Source: Cyanophyceae cyanobacterium (lineage in GTDB: Bacteria; Cyanobacteriota; Cyanobacteriia; Cyanobacteriales; Laspinemataceae). From it: a DNA stretch of 64,000 nucleotides. Made by a program: the position numbers and the translations under genes. This document shows, piece by piece, positions 21,701 through 30,601 of the stretch (positions within the stretch are counted from its first letter, which is position 1; every line of letters starts with the position of its first letter). Location of the stretch: positions 1 to 64,000 of the forward strand of contig JBBQFN010000011.1 of the NCBI GenBank assembly GCA_038321985.1, written 5' to 3'. The notes under the pieces are model-generated. The model worked only from the letters and a program-made list of their open reading frames with translations. It searched no databases and had not been told where the DNA came from.

Positions 21701-24234
21701 AACTAGCTGCCAAGGTTTACAATTTATTTAACGCCCATAACCGACCCTGGAAAGAACATGGGAAAAACAGCCTCCCTCAATTTAAAGAAGGGGTACAAAC
21801 GGGACTAGAAACGGGAGATATAGAATGGGCTTGTTATTGTGCAGGAAACTATTGTGGATTTTCTTTCTTGACCGAAAAATCGCTAGATTTTGTGATAGAA
21901 GAGCAACAAAAATATATTGATGTTGCTAAAAAAAGCAAGATAGAAACAGCCATTTATTATGGCAGTGCCTGGAGACAATTGGGATTGAATTTATTAGGAG
22001 AAGTCTCAGAAATCACTCAGCTAACTGGGGAAAGTTTTGATGAAACTGAGATGTTACCCCGGCTCATTGCCTCTAAGAGCGGAACGGTTTTGTTTATGGT
22101 CTATTTATGCAAAACTATTCTGTTTTACCAATTTAAACGCTACGCTGATGCAGTACAAGCCGCTGAATTAACAACGGAACAAGTCGGTTCGGCGATGGGT
22201 TACCTTCAAGTTGCTGTGCTGAATTTTTACCAATCCCTAAGTCTTTTAGGTGAATATTCAAACCTCCCGGAGAGTGAGCGCGTACTCTATTTAGAGAAAG
22301 TGGATACCAATCAAACTCAAATGAAAAGCTGGGCATTCCATGCACCCGTCAACTTTCAACATAAGTATGATTTAGTAGCCGCAGAACGGGCCCGAGTTCT
22401 AGGGGAAAATCTTCAAGCCATGGAACTGTACGACTGCGCCATAGCGGGAGCTAAAGATTCTGGATATGTTCAAGAAGAGGCGATCGCCCATGAACTAGCT
22501 GCTGAATTTTATTTCTCTTGCCGCCGAAATAAACTGGCCCAATTATATCTCACCGATGCCTATTATGCTTACATTCACTGGGGAGCTAAGGCTAAAGTAA
22601 AAGCGCTAGAATCAGAATATCCGGAGTTTTTCCACCAAATTTTAAAACGAGAAGCCTTAGAAATCGAGGGAATTCCCACCCTTACTTCCAACACAACCAC
22701 TACCACGGCAAGCGTGATAGATGCGCTGAGTATTGTCAAAGCGTCCCAAGCTCTATCCGAAGAAATCCTCCTGGATAAGTTGCTGGATAAATTAATTCAA
22801 ATTCTGCTCGAAAATGCTGCCGCCACAAAAGGACTTCTATTTTTAAGAAAAGCAGGTACTTTGGTACTGGTTGCCGAAGGCGTCTTGAAAAAGGACAAAG
22901 TGGAAGTCTTGAGAAGAGGAGTCATTCATTCCCGTTCAGAACTACCGGAAGGAGTGGTCAATTATGTAGAACGCACTCAAACAACTTTGGTCTTGAACAA
23001 TGCCAGAACTGAAGGACTTTTTACTGCGGACCCCTATATTCTTAAAGCCCAACCGAAATCAATTTTATGTATGCCTTTAAACCAAAAAGGCAAAGAGAGT
23101 GGCACCCTTTATATTGAAAATAATCTAACGAGTGGTGCATTTACAGTGCAACGATTGGACGTTTTAAAACTGTTATGTACCCAAGCCTCTATTTCGTTAG
23201 AAAATGCCGGGTTCTATGAGCAGTTACAGGATTATTCCTACAAATTAGAGGAAAAGAATGCGGCATTGGAGGAATTGTCAGAGCGAGAGCGTCAGAAGGC
23301 CGACCAACTGGCCGAGTCTTTATATCAATTGCAACAAACCCAGGCGCAATTAGTCCAGACTGAGAAAATTTCTAGTTTAGGACAATTGGTGGCAGGTATT
23401 GCTCATGAGGTGAATAATCCAGTCGGGTTTATTGCGGGGAATTTAACTCATGCGATTCACTATGTAACCGAACTGCTGGATCTGGTTAATCTTTATCAGC
23501 ATCACCTTCCCACTCCTCCCTCAGAAATTGTAGAAAAAATCGCATCAATCGAACTAGAATTTCTTAAAGAAGATTTGCCCGAATTGCTCAATTCAATGAC
23601 CGTGGGAACCGAGCGCATCAAAGATATTATGCAGTCGTTGCGGAATTTTTCCCGGGTGGATGCGGTGAAGAAACCGACGGATATCAATGCTGGACTGGAT
23701 AGTACCTTAATGATTTTGACAGCGCGGTTGAAAGGAAACGGCGATCGCCCCGGGATTAAAGTCGTGAAAGAGTATGGAGAGTTGCCCGAGGTTACTTGTT
23801 TTGGAGGGCAACTTAATCAGGTGTTTATGAATATCATCGCTAATGCGATCGATGCGATCGAAAGCGTGAGCAATCCCAAGTCAGGTGGCAACAGTCTAGG
23901 TAATCTGGCTCAGCCGTTTCCTACTATCCGCATCCGTACTGAAGTGGCAGGGGAATGGGTCATGATCCGCATTGCGGATAATGGTGAAGGAATGCCCCCC
24001 GAGGTGTGCGATCGCCTCTTTAATGCCTTCTTCACCACCAAACCCGAAGGAAAAGGTACGGGACTGGGAATGTCGATCAGCCAGCAAATTGTCGTCCAAA
24101 AACATGGGGGAGACATTCGCTGTGTTTCTACTCCCGGACAGGGAACTGAGTTTATGATTAAGATTCCCTTAACCCCACAGAATCCAGGGGTAGAAGTGGT
24201 GGAACGACAACCCATTGGACAACCATCCCGATAG
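18724..24234 (+). CDS. Hybrid Ser/Thr kinase - AAA ATPase - GAF - histidine kinase (HstK-type)
   Basis: HKDIKPSN, YMSPEQTGRMNR, Walker A GYSGIGKT, Walker B FLDDLQWAD, a GAF region, HisKA AHEVNNP, and HATPase N/G boxes. Confidence 0.92.
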   Translation: MHYIELPGYQICEEVQAGVKNMVYRGVKQPHKTPVIIKFLKAEYPTLAEITRLRHEYKITENLHLDGIIKTYSLEPYKKGYALVVEDMGGKSLNHLLESQSLSILECLKIGSQLAQALGELHQNQIIHKDIKPSNIIIHPETQKVKITDFNISTRLARETYQSSNPNQIEGTLNYMSPEQTGRMNRSLDYRTDFYSLGVTFYQMLTGKLPFESNDPLKLIHCHIAVKPVAPHHLDENIPEAVSAIALKLMAKNAEDRYQSAEGLKADLDTCLHQLIHTGKIDYFPTGTLDKSGQFLIPEKLYGREAEVAQLLAAFERIAGHSAESDQQPNPEIIMVSGYSGIGKTRAINEIHKPIVGACGYFISGKFDQLQRHVPYSAISQAFLKLTHQILTETSEQLHEWQEKLQAALGENAQVIIDVIPELEQIIGPQPTAPDLGPTETQNRFNRVFQKFIRVFSQKAHPLVVFLDDLQWADSASLKLIEKVMSDSESQSLLLVGAYRDNEVSPLHPTIQTLEKIKQAGTIINDIVLTPLELSHVLQLVGDALGGIESPEILALAKLLYHKTGGNPFFLTQLLQTLYAEKLIKFNFATGRWQWSLEQIQSRGVTDCNVVELVARNLQTLPELTQQVLKLAACIGNQFNLEVLAIVNETSPEETAAQLWEALQAGLILPSSEAYKIPLFGDDSFQGRGEIGLDESVTIAYKFLHDRVQQSAYSLIPEASKKETHLKIGQLLLKATTEEGIEAIIFDLVNQLNVAIDLISSPREQYQLARLNLIATQKAKAAIAYEAALQYVTVGLKLLSSESWTQDYLLTFSLSLQAVELEYLNANFEEAGTLLQLALAQALLPLDRVQFCELQMQIYIAQLQMLPAIDQGLELLKLLGVELLALQPEDSLVIPLPSLSELEKIPSLTDPYKLSALRILTTLCAPIFFAKPQMFPETILTMVQFCIKEGNSGLAAFAYGFYGLFLSGLGEIDAGYHSGQIALKLLEEFNAKQLAAKVYNLFNAHNRPWKEHGKNSLPQFKEGVQTGLETGDIEWACYCAGNYCGFSFLTEKSLDFVIEEQQKYIDVAKKSKIETAIYYGSAWRQLGLNLLGEVSEITQLTGESFDETEMLPRLIASKSGTVLFMVYLCKTILFYQFKRYADAVQAAELTTEQVGSAMGYLQVAVLNFYQSLSLLGEYSNLPESERVLYLEKVDTNQTQMKSWAFHAPVNFQHKYDLVAAERARVLGENLQAMELYDCAIAGAKDSGYVQEEAIAHELAAEFYFSCRRNKLAQLYLTDAYYAYIHWGAKAKVKALESEYPEFFHQILKREALEIEGIPTLTSNTTTTTASVIDALSIVKASQALSEEILLDKLLDKLIQILLENAAATKGLLFLRKAGTLVLVAEGVLKKDKVEVLRRGVIHSRSELPEGVVNYVERTQTTLVLNNARTEGLFTADPYILKAQPKSILCMPLNQKGKESGTLYIENNLTSGAFTVQRLDVLKLLCTQASISLENAGFYEQLQDYSYKLEEKNAALEELSERERQKADQLAESLYQLQQTQAQLVQTEKISSLGQLVAGIAHEVNNPVGFIAGNLTHAIHYVTELLDLVNLYQHHLPTPPSEIVEKIASIELEFLKEDLPELLNSMTVGTERIKDIMQSLRNFSRVDAVKKPTDINAGLDSTLMILTARLKGNGDRPGIKVVKEYGELPEVTCFGGQLNQVFMNIIANAIDAIESVSNPKSGGNSLGNLAQPFPTIRIRTEVAGEWVMIRIADNGEGMPPEVCDRLFNAFFTTKPEGKGTGLGMSISQQIVVQKHGGDIRCVSTPGQGTEFMIKIPLTPQNPGVEVVERQPIGQPSR

Positions 24235-24250
24235 AAAAGTTGAATTTCCG

Positions 24251-24288
24251 ATGATATGGGTTAACTCCGTTGAGTTAATCCATATCAT
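24251..24288. terminator. Hairpin between convergent genes (bidirectional terminator candidate)
   Basis: ATGATATGGGTTAACTC pairs with GAGTTAATCCATATCAT. Confidence 0.65.
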
Positions 24289-24319
24289 TAGTTACTTCTA
24301 CGAACTCAGCCGAAGTAAC

Positions 24320-26356
24320 TTAGGTTGTTAAATAAGTGTACTGACCCAGGGAATGCTCGTAATTTTGCAGCAACCGTTGGGATTCTTGCAGGGTAATTTT
24401 GCCCTCTTTTAACCCTTGTTCGGTTTGCTTACGGATGCTTTCGATCATGTCTTCCGAATCGTATTGCACATAGCTGAGGACTTCCTTCATGGTATCCCCT
24501 TTGACCACGTGCTCGATTTCATATCCTTTTGGCGTCAGCTTAATATGCACGGTGTTAGTATCCCCGAACAAATTATGCAAGTTGCCCATAATTTCCTGAT
24601 AAGCACCCCCTAGAAACATTCCTAAATAGTAGGGTTCCTCAGGTTTGAGGCGATGCAGTTCCAGAACGTGCTTGACATCCAGCAAGTCAATGAATTGGTC
24701 AATTTTACCATCACTATCACAGGTCAGATCGGCCAGAGTACCGCGCTCAGTTGGTTTTTCATCTAAGCGATGAATCGGCATAATGGGGAATAACTGATCG
24801 ATCGCCCAACTATCGGGTGCTGATTGGAAGACTGACAAATTAATGTAGTAGATGGAGGCCATAATTTTTTCCAACTCCTCCAAATCGTCCGGGACGTAAT
24901 CGACACCGCGCACGATCGCCTGGATTTTCCCACAGCAGGCCCAGTATAGCTGCTCGGCCCTGGCTCGTTCCCGCAAGCTCAAATAACCGAAATTAAATAA
25001 GCTAATCGCCTCCTCTTTAAATTGGATGGCATCATGATAGGCTTCTTGGTAATTTTCGGATTTAATGGAGTGATAGGTATCCGACAAATTCCGCAGAATC
25101 AAATGCTCTTTTTCCGTGGTGGGTTCCGGGGGTTCAATGGAGACATCGCTAGTGCTGAGCACATTAAAAATTAACACCGACTGATGAGAGGCGATCGCCC
25201 GTCCACTTTCGCTGATCAGAGTCGGCATGGGTACCTGACCTTCTTCGCAGGCTTCCTTCACCTCGGCCACAATATCATTGGCGTAGTTCTGCATATTGTA
25301 GTTTTTGGAGGCATGGAAGTTGGTTTTAGAGCCATCGTAATCAACTCCCAAACCACCGCCTACGTCCAAATACTTCATGTTTGCCCCCAATTTTGCCAAC
25401 TCTACATAAATCTGGCTAGATTCGCGGATGGCATCTTTCACCTTACTGATGGCGGAAATTTGAGAGCCAATATGGAAGTGTAATAACTGGAGAGAGGAGA
25501 GCATATCAGCGGCAGCCAGTTGATCGACCGCATGGATGATTTCGGGAATCGTTAGACCAAACTTAGCGCGATCGCCCGAGGAACCCCCCCAGCGACCAAT
25601 CCCTTTACTCATCAGTTTAGCCCGCACCCCTAATATGGGCTGAATTCCCAGGGATTTGGCCGCAGCGATCGCCAACTCCACCTCTTCCAACTGTTCAATC
25701 ACCACAATCGCCATCTGACCCAGACGCTGGGCTAAAATCGCTGTTTCAATATATTCCCGGTCTTTGTAACCATTACAAATCACCAAAGCGCCGGGAGTTT
25801 TCAACGTTGCCAGGGCAATCATCAGTTCAGGTTTAGAACCGGCTTCTAAGCCAAATTGATGGGGTTGACCGAAGCGGACTAAATCCTCAATTAGATGGCG
25901 TTGTTGGTTGCACTTCACCGGAAAAACACCCCGGTAGACTCCGGGATATTTGTAACGAGCGATCGCTTTAGAAAAGCAAGCATTCAACCGCTCAATTCGG
26001 TCTTCTAAAATATCTGAAAAGCGAATGAGCAGGGGTAAACCCAGATTGCGCTGCCCCAGAGCTTGCACCAGTTCCAGTAAATCCAGAGATCCACCGCGAT
26101 CGCCCCGGGGAGACACCGTAACGTGACCTGCGGCATTAATGGAAAAATAAGGCTCTCCCCAACCTTTAATCCGATACAATTCCTCACTCTCTTCGATGGT
26201 CCAGGGTTGTGCCTTCTCGGATTGACTTAACACAATAGGGGCAATCGCCCCAGAACCCACTTCCTCTATCCCTATCTCATCCATCGAGCGCTCCTCAAGG
26301 TTGGTATCGGCTATATTTGGCTTGACTCCCATAGTTTCTTCGCGGCCTCGCAACAA
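24320..26356 (-). CDS. speA: Biosynthetic arginine decarboxylase
   Basis: PVKCNQ (PLP lysine), GLEAGSKPEL, HFHIGSQI, DLTCDSDG and GNLHNLFGDT motifs. Start codon uncertain. Confidence 0.95.
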   Translation of the reverse strand: MLRGREETMGVKPNIADTNLEERSMDEIGIEEVGSGAIAPIVLSQSEKAQPWTIEESEELYRIKGWGEPYFSINAAGHVTVSPRGDRGGSLDLLELVQALGQRNLGLPLLIRFSDILEDRIERLNACFSKAIARYKYPGVYRGVFPVKCNQQRHLIEDLVRFGQPHQFGLEAGSKPELMIALATLKTPGALVICNGYKDREYIETAILAQRLGQMAIVVIEQLEEVELAIAAAKSLGIQPILGVRAKLMSKGIGRWGGSSGDRAKFGLTIPEIIHAVDQLAAADMLSSLQLLHFHIGSQISAISKVKDAIRESSQIYVELAKLGANMKYLDVGGGLGVDYDGSKTNFHASKNYNMQNYANDIVAEVKEACEEGQVPMPTLISESGRAIASHQSVLIFNVLSTSDVSIEPPEPTTEKEHLILRNLSDTYHSIKSENYQEAYHDAIQFKEEAISLFNFGYLSLRERARAEQLYWACCGKIQAIVRGVDYVPDDLEELEKIMASIYYINLSVFQSAPDSWAIDQLFPIMPIHRLDEKPTERGTLADLTCDSDGKIDQFIDLLDVKHVLELHRLKPEEPYYLGMFLGGAYQEIMGNLHNLFGDTNTVHIKLTPKGYEIEHVVKGDTMKEVLSYVQYDSEDMIESIRKQTEQGLKEGKITLQESQRLLQNYEHSLGQYTYLTT

Positions 26357-26640
26357 CGTGCTCCTAGTCGAGTAAATCGTTGATTTTCATCCCGAAAAGG
26401 GATTCGGTGCAGCGCTCTGATCCGCTTGATTAACCGGGGTCAATCCTGCGTGAACGGTTAGAATACAGACCGCTCCCATAACGCTGGTATGTTAGCACAT
26501 TCAATGGAAACTCGTGTATTAGCGATGACCTTGAAGGGATAGTTTGCGAATTCATTCCGGCTCAGACCGTGAGGAGGGGACGTTCTGAGATAACCTGAAG
26601 GGTGTGATAGTTGTTAATTGTAAAGTGTTAGGAGACTGGT

Positions 26641-27090
26641 TTGGAACGAACATTTATCGCAATCAAGCCCGATGGAGTCCAACGCAAACTCATCGGAGAA
26701 ATTATTCGGCGGTTTGAAACCAAAGGGTTTACCCTGGTAGGATTGAAAATGATGAGCGTCTCACGGGAACTGGCGGAGAAACATTACGAGGTTCACCAGG
26801 AAAAATCTTTCTTTCCAGGGTTAGTGAAGTTCATCACCTCGGCTCCCGTCATCGCAATGGTATGGGAAGGAGATGGAGTGGTTTCTTCCGCTCGGAAAAT
26901 CATCGGAGCGACTAATCCCTTGACCGCGGAACCGGGGACAATTCGGGGCGACTTTGGGGTCAGTGTAGGACGCAACCTGATCCATGGTTCCGATGCGATC
27001 GAAACCGCCTCGAAGGAAATTAGCCTGTGGTTCACACCTGAAGAACTCGTAAGTTGGGAGTCACCTTTGGCGGCTTGGCTTTACGAGTAG
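26641..27090 (+). CDS. ndk: Nucleoside diphosphate kinase
   Basis: [21 protein letters not shown] and NLIHGSD motifs; TTG start with a GGAG RBS. Confidence 0.97.
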   Translation: MERTFIAIKPDGVQRKLIGEIIRRFETKGFTLVGLKMMSVSRELAEKHYEVHQEKSFFPGLVKFITSAPVIAMVWEGDGVVSSARKIIGATNPLTAEPGTIRGDFGVSVGRNLIHGSDAIETASKEISLWFTPEELVSWESPLAAWLYE

Positions 27091-27138
27091 AGGCGATCGC
27101 CCCTGCTGTAGTGAAGGCCAGACCTTAAAAATCAAAGA

Positions 27139-27187
27139 TTAAGCATTAAGAATTCCGAACCTTGCTTTCTGAATTCTTAATGCTTAA
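27139..27187. terminator. 17-bp inverted repeat between convergent ndk and TerC genes
   Basis: TTAAGCATTAAGAATTC pairs with GAATTCTTAATGCTTAA. Confidence 0.7.
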
Positions 27188-27196
27188 AGCTTATCT

Positions 27197-27961
27197 TTAA
27201 TGACTTTCGCCACCCGTCTCTTGGAGAGAAACGGCCTCTACATCGTTACTGGTGGGGGATTCAATAGCATTTTCGATTTCTTTCTCTGGGGTGCGTGCTG
27301 AAAATCCCCAGAGAAATAATACTATCACCGCCGAAATCAAGAACCATTCAGGCATTACGATGTCGTGGCTCACTACTCGCAGGAGAAGGCGCAATCCCAC
27401 CAAGCCAACCGTAATATAACCGGCATCTTCTAGGTGGACATATTCATCCAGCCAGCGGATGAATAACCCCGCCATAAAGCGCAGGGCAATAATTCCGATA
27501 GTTGCACCTGTAACGACCAGCCAAATTTTTGAGGAAACGGCAATTGCTGTGGTGACGCTATCCAACGAAAAGGCCAAATCGGTCATGGCAATGACGGGAA
27601 TCGCCTGCCACAATGACTTATATTTTGGTCCGCTGCGCTCATGATTCTCGCCATCGGAGGAGCTAAAATACTGAAACACTAGCCACAAGAGATAGAGTGC
27701 TCCAAGTAGCTCGAACTGCCAAAAGTGAATAACCCAGGTCGCGGTAAAAATTAGCGCTATCCGCAGAACGAAAGCAGCCAACAGCCCAAAATTAAGCGCC
27801 TGACGCTGGATCTTAGGGTCGGATAATCCTTGAGCAATCGATGCTAGGGCGATCGCATTATCTGCCGAGAGCACCGACTCCAACGCCACTAAAATCAGCA
27901 GCAGGAAACCTGTTTCAACTCCGATATTATGGGGGTAAAAATCACTAAGTCGGTCTAGCAT
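27197..27961 (-). CDS. TerC-family membrane protein
   Basis: LESVLSADNA and DLAFSLDSV motifs, multiple TM helices. ATG at 27961 chosen as start. Confidence 0.88.
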   Translation of the reverse strand: MLDRLSDFYPHNIGVETGFLLLILVALESVLSADNAIALASIAQGLSDPKIQRQALNFGLLAAFVLRIALIFTATWVIHFWQFELLGALYLLWLVFQYFSSSDGENHERSGPKYKSLWQAIPVIAMTDLAFSLDSVTTAIAVSSKIWLVVTGATIGIIALRFMAGLFIRWLDEYVHLEDAGYITVGLVGLRLLLRVVSHDIVMPEWFLISAVIVLFLWGFSARTPEKEIENAIESPTSNDVEAVSLQETGGESH

Positions 27962-28504
27962 TAACGAAAATTTTTCCTTGATAGCGGTCACGCAGGGGAG
28001 CAGGGCCAATCATTCGCAACGGATTTTCCTTCTTCCTTGGAGTCTCCAAAAGCCTGGATTCTGACCAGGAGGAACTTTGGCCGGTAAAGCCATCGCTGCC
28101 ACGGGCCAAGACGCCTGCTGGTGGCGATGAACCCGGTCAAAATGGGGAGACAATCAGGGGCGATCGAATGATCAGCGCTCTTAAAACAGCTTAACCTTTT
28201 ATTAGAAGTTTCAGCACAATTAATATCCAGTTTCGAGGAATAAAGTCAGCCTTATCCCCCTCCCCCACAGCTTTTTGGACTCCCTAGGGCCTCGGTCATC
28301 CCGTGGAAAAATCGGGGGTCTTTAAAAATATTGGCTTTCTTTCCACCCCACCAGGGCCAGAAACCCCGCTTCTTGTCCCTTTCATTTAACAGGACAGGCT
28401 AAAATAGCATCACTCTTTGTTGCATATTGTAACAAGGGGTTTCCCCACGGCCCGAAATAGCCGACATTAGTTAAAAATATCCGCATATCAAGGAGGTCTG
28501 AATT

Positions 28505-28600
28505 ATGGGAATCTCTGAAACCCAAGTCTTAGTCGCGCTGGTTGTTGCTTTAATTCCGGGGGTCTTAGCCTTCCGTCTGGCAACCGAACTGTACAAGTAA
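28505..28600 (+). CDS. psaM: Photosystem I reaction centre subunit XII
   Basis: Read by hand as MGISETQVLVALVVALIPGVLAFRLATELYK (31 aa) with an AGGAGG RBS. Absent from the ORF track. Confidence 0.95.
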   Translation: MGISETQVLVALVVALIPGVLAFRLATELYK

Positions 28601-28624
28601 GGTTCTCTGGCCTAAACAGCCCTA

Positions 28625-28668
28625 GGCCGGTCGAGACAGTTGTTTTAGGCTATTGTTCTCGACCGGCT
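28625..28668 (+). terminator. Hairpin downstream of psaM
   Basis: GCCGGTCGAGA pairs with TCTCGACCGGC. Confidence 0.6.
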
Positions 28669-28958
28669 ATCTATTTTGTAACTCCAGGGCAAGATAGATA
28701 GGCGGGAAACAAAAAAGACCATAAACATCCCCCATAACCCGTGATCCCGGGGATGATTTGAAGATTTAGGGATTTTTAGCAAGCATTTTTCAGAAAAAAT
28801 CTTAAGGTAGGCGGTTGAAACCTAAACAAGGGAGTAAAATTCAATTGTGATTCGCGCTCGTCCTGCCGCGCAACCACACAGCCCGGTTTAGATCCGGAAT
28901 CAATGCTTTTTTTGAATCGAAACTGATATTTCAGGCAAGGTAAGGGATAGTCACTCTC

Positions 28959-29333
28959 ATGAATGCAATTCAACCCTCAACGCCCCATCTAGCACCTGTG
29001 GAAACGCGACGTCCAAAAAGACGCGGGTTGTCGCAACAGCACCAACGGCGACATCTTTACCGGGCGATCGCCGCTGAAACTACGGTAAAGTTAGCCGTCA
29101 ACGCGGTTCTTTCTGTGGTTGCAGTCTCTGCCGTCATCACCCTGCTGCCGTATCAACAGTCTCGGCAGCAAGATTTACAAGATATTCGCGCTGAAGTCAA
29201 TCATGTTGAAACCCGAGTGAATCGCTTGCAAACTGAACTGCAACGGTTAATGGCCCCGGAACAAGCGACGCGGATTATGGAAGAACACAGCTATCGGGTT
29301 GATCCCAACAAAATTCAAATTGTGATTGACTAA
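28959..29333 (+). CDS. Conserved single-TM coiled-coil protein (FtsB/DivIC-like putative cell-division protein)
   Basis: Basic N-terminus, one TM (VKLAVNAVLSVVAVSAVITLLPY), a coiled coil, and a C-terminal beta-like tail. Confidence 0.6.
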   Translation: MNAIQPSTPHLAPVETRRPKRRGLSQQHQRRHLYRAIAAETTVKLAVNAVLSVVAVSAVITLLPYQQSRQQDLQDIRAEVNHVETRVNRLQTELQRLMAPEQATRIMEEHSYRVDPNKIQIVID

Positions 29334-29501
29334 GGCGATCGCTGGGTCCGGTGAAGCGTTAACCCGTTAACTAACCTAGCACAGCGACGGCTAAAACCAG
29401 GATTTCTTCATAGCATAACCCAGGCATATTTTGCCGGTTATGCTTCCCTAACTATTTGGGCTCGGTTCAGCATGATTAGAGGCTATTCTTGAGACTCGTG
29501 A

Positions 29502-30293
29502 TTAGGGATGGAGATCGGTTTCGGAAAAACCAATCAGTTCATGGATCCAGTTTTTCACCAGCGATCGCAGCCTGGAGGAAACGTCAGGGGATGAAGCGGT
29601 AGACGCGGGTAAAAATTCTAAAGCCCGTCGATAGTCGGCGATCGCCGCGTTCCATTCGCCCATAACATGATAGGTGCGGCCTCGTTCGGCAAAAATATGC
29701 CCTTCAATTTGCCCGAGTCCCAAGGCTATTTCAAAATTCTCGATCGCCAGTTCATAGATTTCCATTTCCCGCAACGTGATCCCCTGATTGATCAGCGCCC
29801 GCACATTAAAGGGATTGAGGTCGATCGCCATGTCGTAGTCCAGAGTCGCTTCCACCCGCAAACCCAAGGCGGCATAGCAATTGCCCCGATTGTTGTAGGC
29901 TTGCGACAGTTGAGCATCTAGCTCGATAGCTTGGTTATAATCAGCAAGGGCTTTCTCATACTCACCGCTTTGAAAATACATCAAGCCGCGATTATTGTAG
30001 TCAATGGCGCTGGCAAGATTCTGGGAGACTAACGAACTCAGCAAGGCGATCGCCCCGGCACTGTCTCCCTGTTGAACGGTTAAAATTGCTTGTTGACGTA
30101 ACTGTTGAGGGGATAACCCGTGGAAGCCCACCGCTATCCCACTGGAGGAGGGGCCTTCCCCGGAAGATTTGCGCTGACGTTTACCCCGCGCAGGCCCCTT
30201 GACCCGAGCCGCCCCTGGATTTGCCAAAGCTGAATCCTGAGTGCAGGGATAACCCTTTCTATGTTGTTGATGACCAAAAAAGCTCGGGTTCAT
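29502..30293 (-). CDS. Tetratricopeptide repeat protein
   Basis: Repeated YNNRG...A..DY..AI motifs. Confidence 0.88.
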   Translation of the reverse strand: MNPSFFGHQQHRKGYPCTQDSALANPGAARVKGPARGKRQRKSSGEGPSSSGIAVGFHGLSPQQLRQQAILTVQQGDSAGAIALLSSLVSQNLASAIDYNNRGLMYFQSGEYEKALADYNQAIELDAQLSQAYNNRGNCYAALGLRVEATLDYDMAIDLNPFNVRALINQGITLREMEIYELAIENFEIALGLGQIEGHIFAERGRTYHVMGEWNAAIADYRRALEFLPASTASSPDVSSRLRSLVKNWIHELIGFSETDLHP

Positions 30294-30601
30294 ACTGTAT
30301 CATCCTCTTTCCATAACCCACTAGAATCACCTTACCGAGGTCCTCTCCAAGTTGGCTTTGCGGATGTGTCACTTTTCAATCCGGATCCCGAAGGGTTGGG
30401 GAGTGCGACTCCTCCGGGTCAAATCCATAGCACTCCCGGACTCTTTAAGGCGACTCCCCCTAAAACTGAGCCGTTAACTCCCTTAATGGGTTTAGACCCT
30501 CCTGCCTCCCCTTGGGGTTCAAATTTGAAAAATGACTGCCCCTGCAAGGTTAAACCCTTGTCCAGGAAGCACCCCCATTGATCTCGACAATGGCCCCAAC
30601 T

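Noticed and set aside
28010..28200. Canonical yybP-ykoY Mn riboswitch before the TerC gene
   Set aside because: Its hallmark sequence motifs are not visible; kept only as an unclassified structure candidate.
30261..30581. 106-aa plus-strand ORF between the TPR gene and ctpA
   Set aside because: Low-complexity, opposite to both neighbours and without motifs; probably spurious.
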